NCBI GenBank assembly: GCA_013265495.1
Contig: MU057640.1
Location: 2,195,405 to 2,259,404 of the forward strand
From: Vicugna vicugna
Taxonomy: Eukaryota
Reading direction: 5' to 3'
DNA length: 64,000 nucleotides
The position numbers and the translations under genes are program-made. Below are positions 62,850 through 64,000 of this stretch, in pieces. The notes under the pieces were generated by a model. The model saw only the letters and a program-made list of their open reading frames with translations. It searched no databases and was not told the origin of the DNA. How positions within the stretch are numbered: the stretch's first letter is position 1; each line of letters opens with the position of its first letter.

Positions 62850-63385
62850 CTATCAAGTCATGAAAGACATGGAAGAAACTTAAAAGACATATTACTAAAT
62901 GAAAGAAGCCAGTCTGAAAAGGCCACAAACTATACGATTCCAACCAAATGACATTCTGGAAAAGGCACAGCTGCAGAAACAATAAAAAGATCATGGTTTC
63001 CAGGGGCTTAGGGAGAGGGAGGGAGGGAGGGAGGAATTAATAGATGGAGCACAAGGGATTTTTAGGGCAATGAAATTATTCTGTATGATACTATAGTGGT
63101 GGCTACATGTCATTATGCATTTGTGAAAACCCACAGAATGTATAACATCAAGAGTGAACCCTAAAAAAAAAAGAGTGAACCCTAATGTAAACTATGGACT
63201 TTTGGTTGATAATGTGCCCATGTTGGTTCATCGCTTGTACCACATATGCCACATGGATGCAGGATGTTGAGGGTAGGGGAGTATATATGTGTGAGTGGGG
63301 AGAGCTATATGCGAACTCTGTATTTTCTGCTTAATTCTGTTGTAAGCCTGAAACTGCTCTAAAAGAATAAAGTATATTTTTTTAA
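62850..63385 (+). mobile_element. L1MC-like 3' end
   Basis: gaaagaagccagtctgaaaaggc...gtgaaccctaatgtaaactatggac...gaaactgctctaaaagaataaagt. Confidence 0.8.
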
Positions 63386-63389
63386 AAAA

Positions 63390-63748
63390 AGCTTCACATA
63401 TAAACAAAAGCTAAAAGAATTCAGCACCACCAAATCAGCTTTACAATAAATGCTAAGGGAATATCTCTAGGTGGAAAAGAAAAGGCCACAACTTGAAACA
63501 AGAAAACTATGAAATGCAAAAGCTCACGGTTAAAGGCAAACATATAATAAAGGTAGGAAATCGTTCACACACAAACTAGGAGGAAAGTTAAAAAACAAAA
63601 GTAATAAAATCTGTATCCACAATAAGCAGTTAGGGAAGACACAAAACAATGAAATGTGAAATATGGTATCAATAACAGTAATCATGAGGGGATGAGGGTA
63701 CAAATGCAGGGTATTTAAAATGCATTTGAAAGTAAGAGATCAGCAACT

Positions 63749-63782
<34 letters not shown>

Positions 63783-64000
63783 TGCTATACTAAAACCTCA
63801 TGGTAATTGTAAACCAAAAATCTATAATAGATATACACACTAAAAGAAAAAAGAATCAAAATATAACACTAAAGACAGCACCAAAGCACAAGAAAAGACA
63901 ACAAAAGGGGGGGGGAGGATCTACAAAAACAAATTCAAAATAATTAACAAAATGGCAAAAAAAACATACATAACAATTACCTTAAATGTAAACTGACCAA
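63390..64000 (+). mobile_element. L1 ORF1 end, inter-ORF spacer and ORF2 start (runs off the window)
   Basis: gaattcagcaccaccaaatcagctttacaa...ctctag; ends atggca...acaattaccttaaatgtaaa (ITLNVN). Confidence 0.75.

Overview
This is mammalian genomic DNA, probably from a camelid; that is inferred from three copies of a short tRNA-derived SINE resembling the camelid vic-1 family. It holds two intact protein-coding genes on the + strand. MED6 (Mediator subunit 6) has 8 coding exons from 10155 to 29315, all GT-AG and phase-consistent, totalling 741 nt = 246 aa, behind a CpG/GC-box promoter. An ADAM20-type sperm metalloprotease has its CDS in a single exon (50654-52873, intact HELGHNLGMQH zinc motif). 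The same MED6-ADAM20 order is known in human. The rest is mostly transposable-element debris: L1, L2, MIR, hAT MERs, solo LTRs and a decayed ERV-L provirus. I see no convincing previously undescribed biological system. Points worth a second look: uORFs and a TAATG stop/start overlap in the ADAM20 leader; a remodelled ADAM20 juxtamembrane segment and a repeat-built acidic tail; a candidate ADAM20 first exon about 12 kb upstream; a MER41-like solo LTR next to the MED6 promoter; a 3'UTR-only retrocopy (probably YWHAH); an ancient ERV-L RT relic; and several clear retrotransposition signatures. Gene and repeat family names come from my recall of known sequences, not from database searches, and repeat boundaries are approximate.
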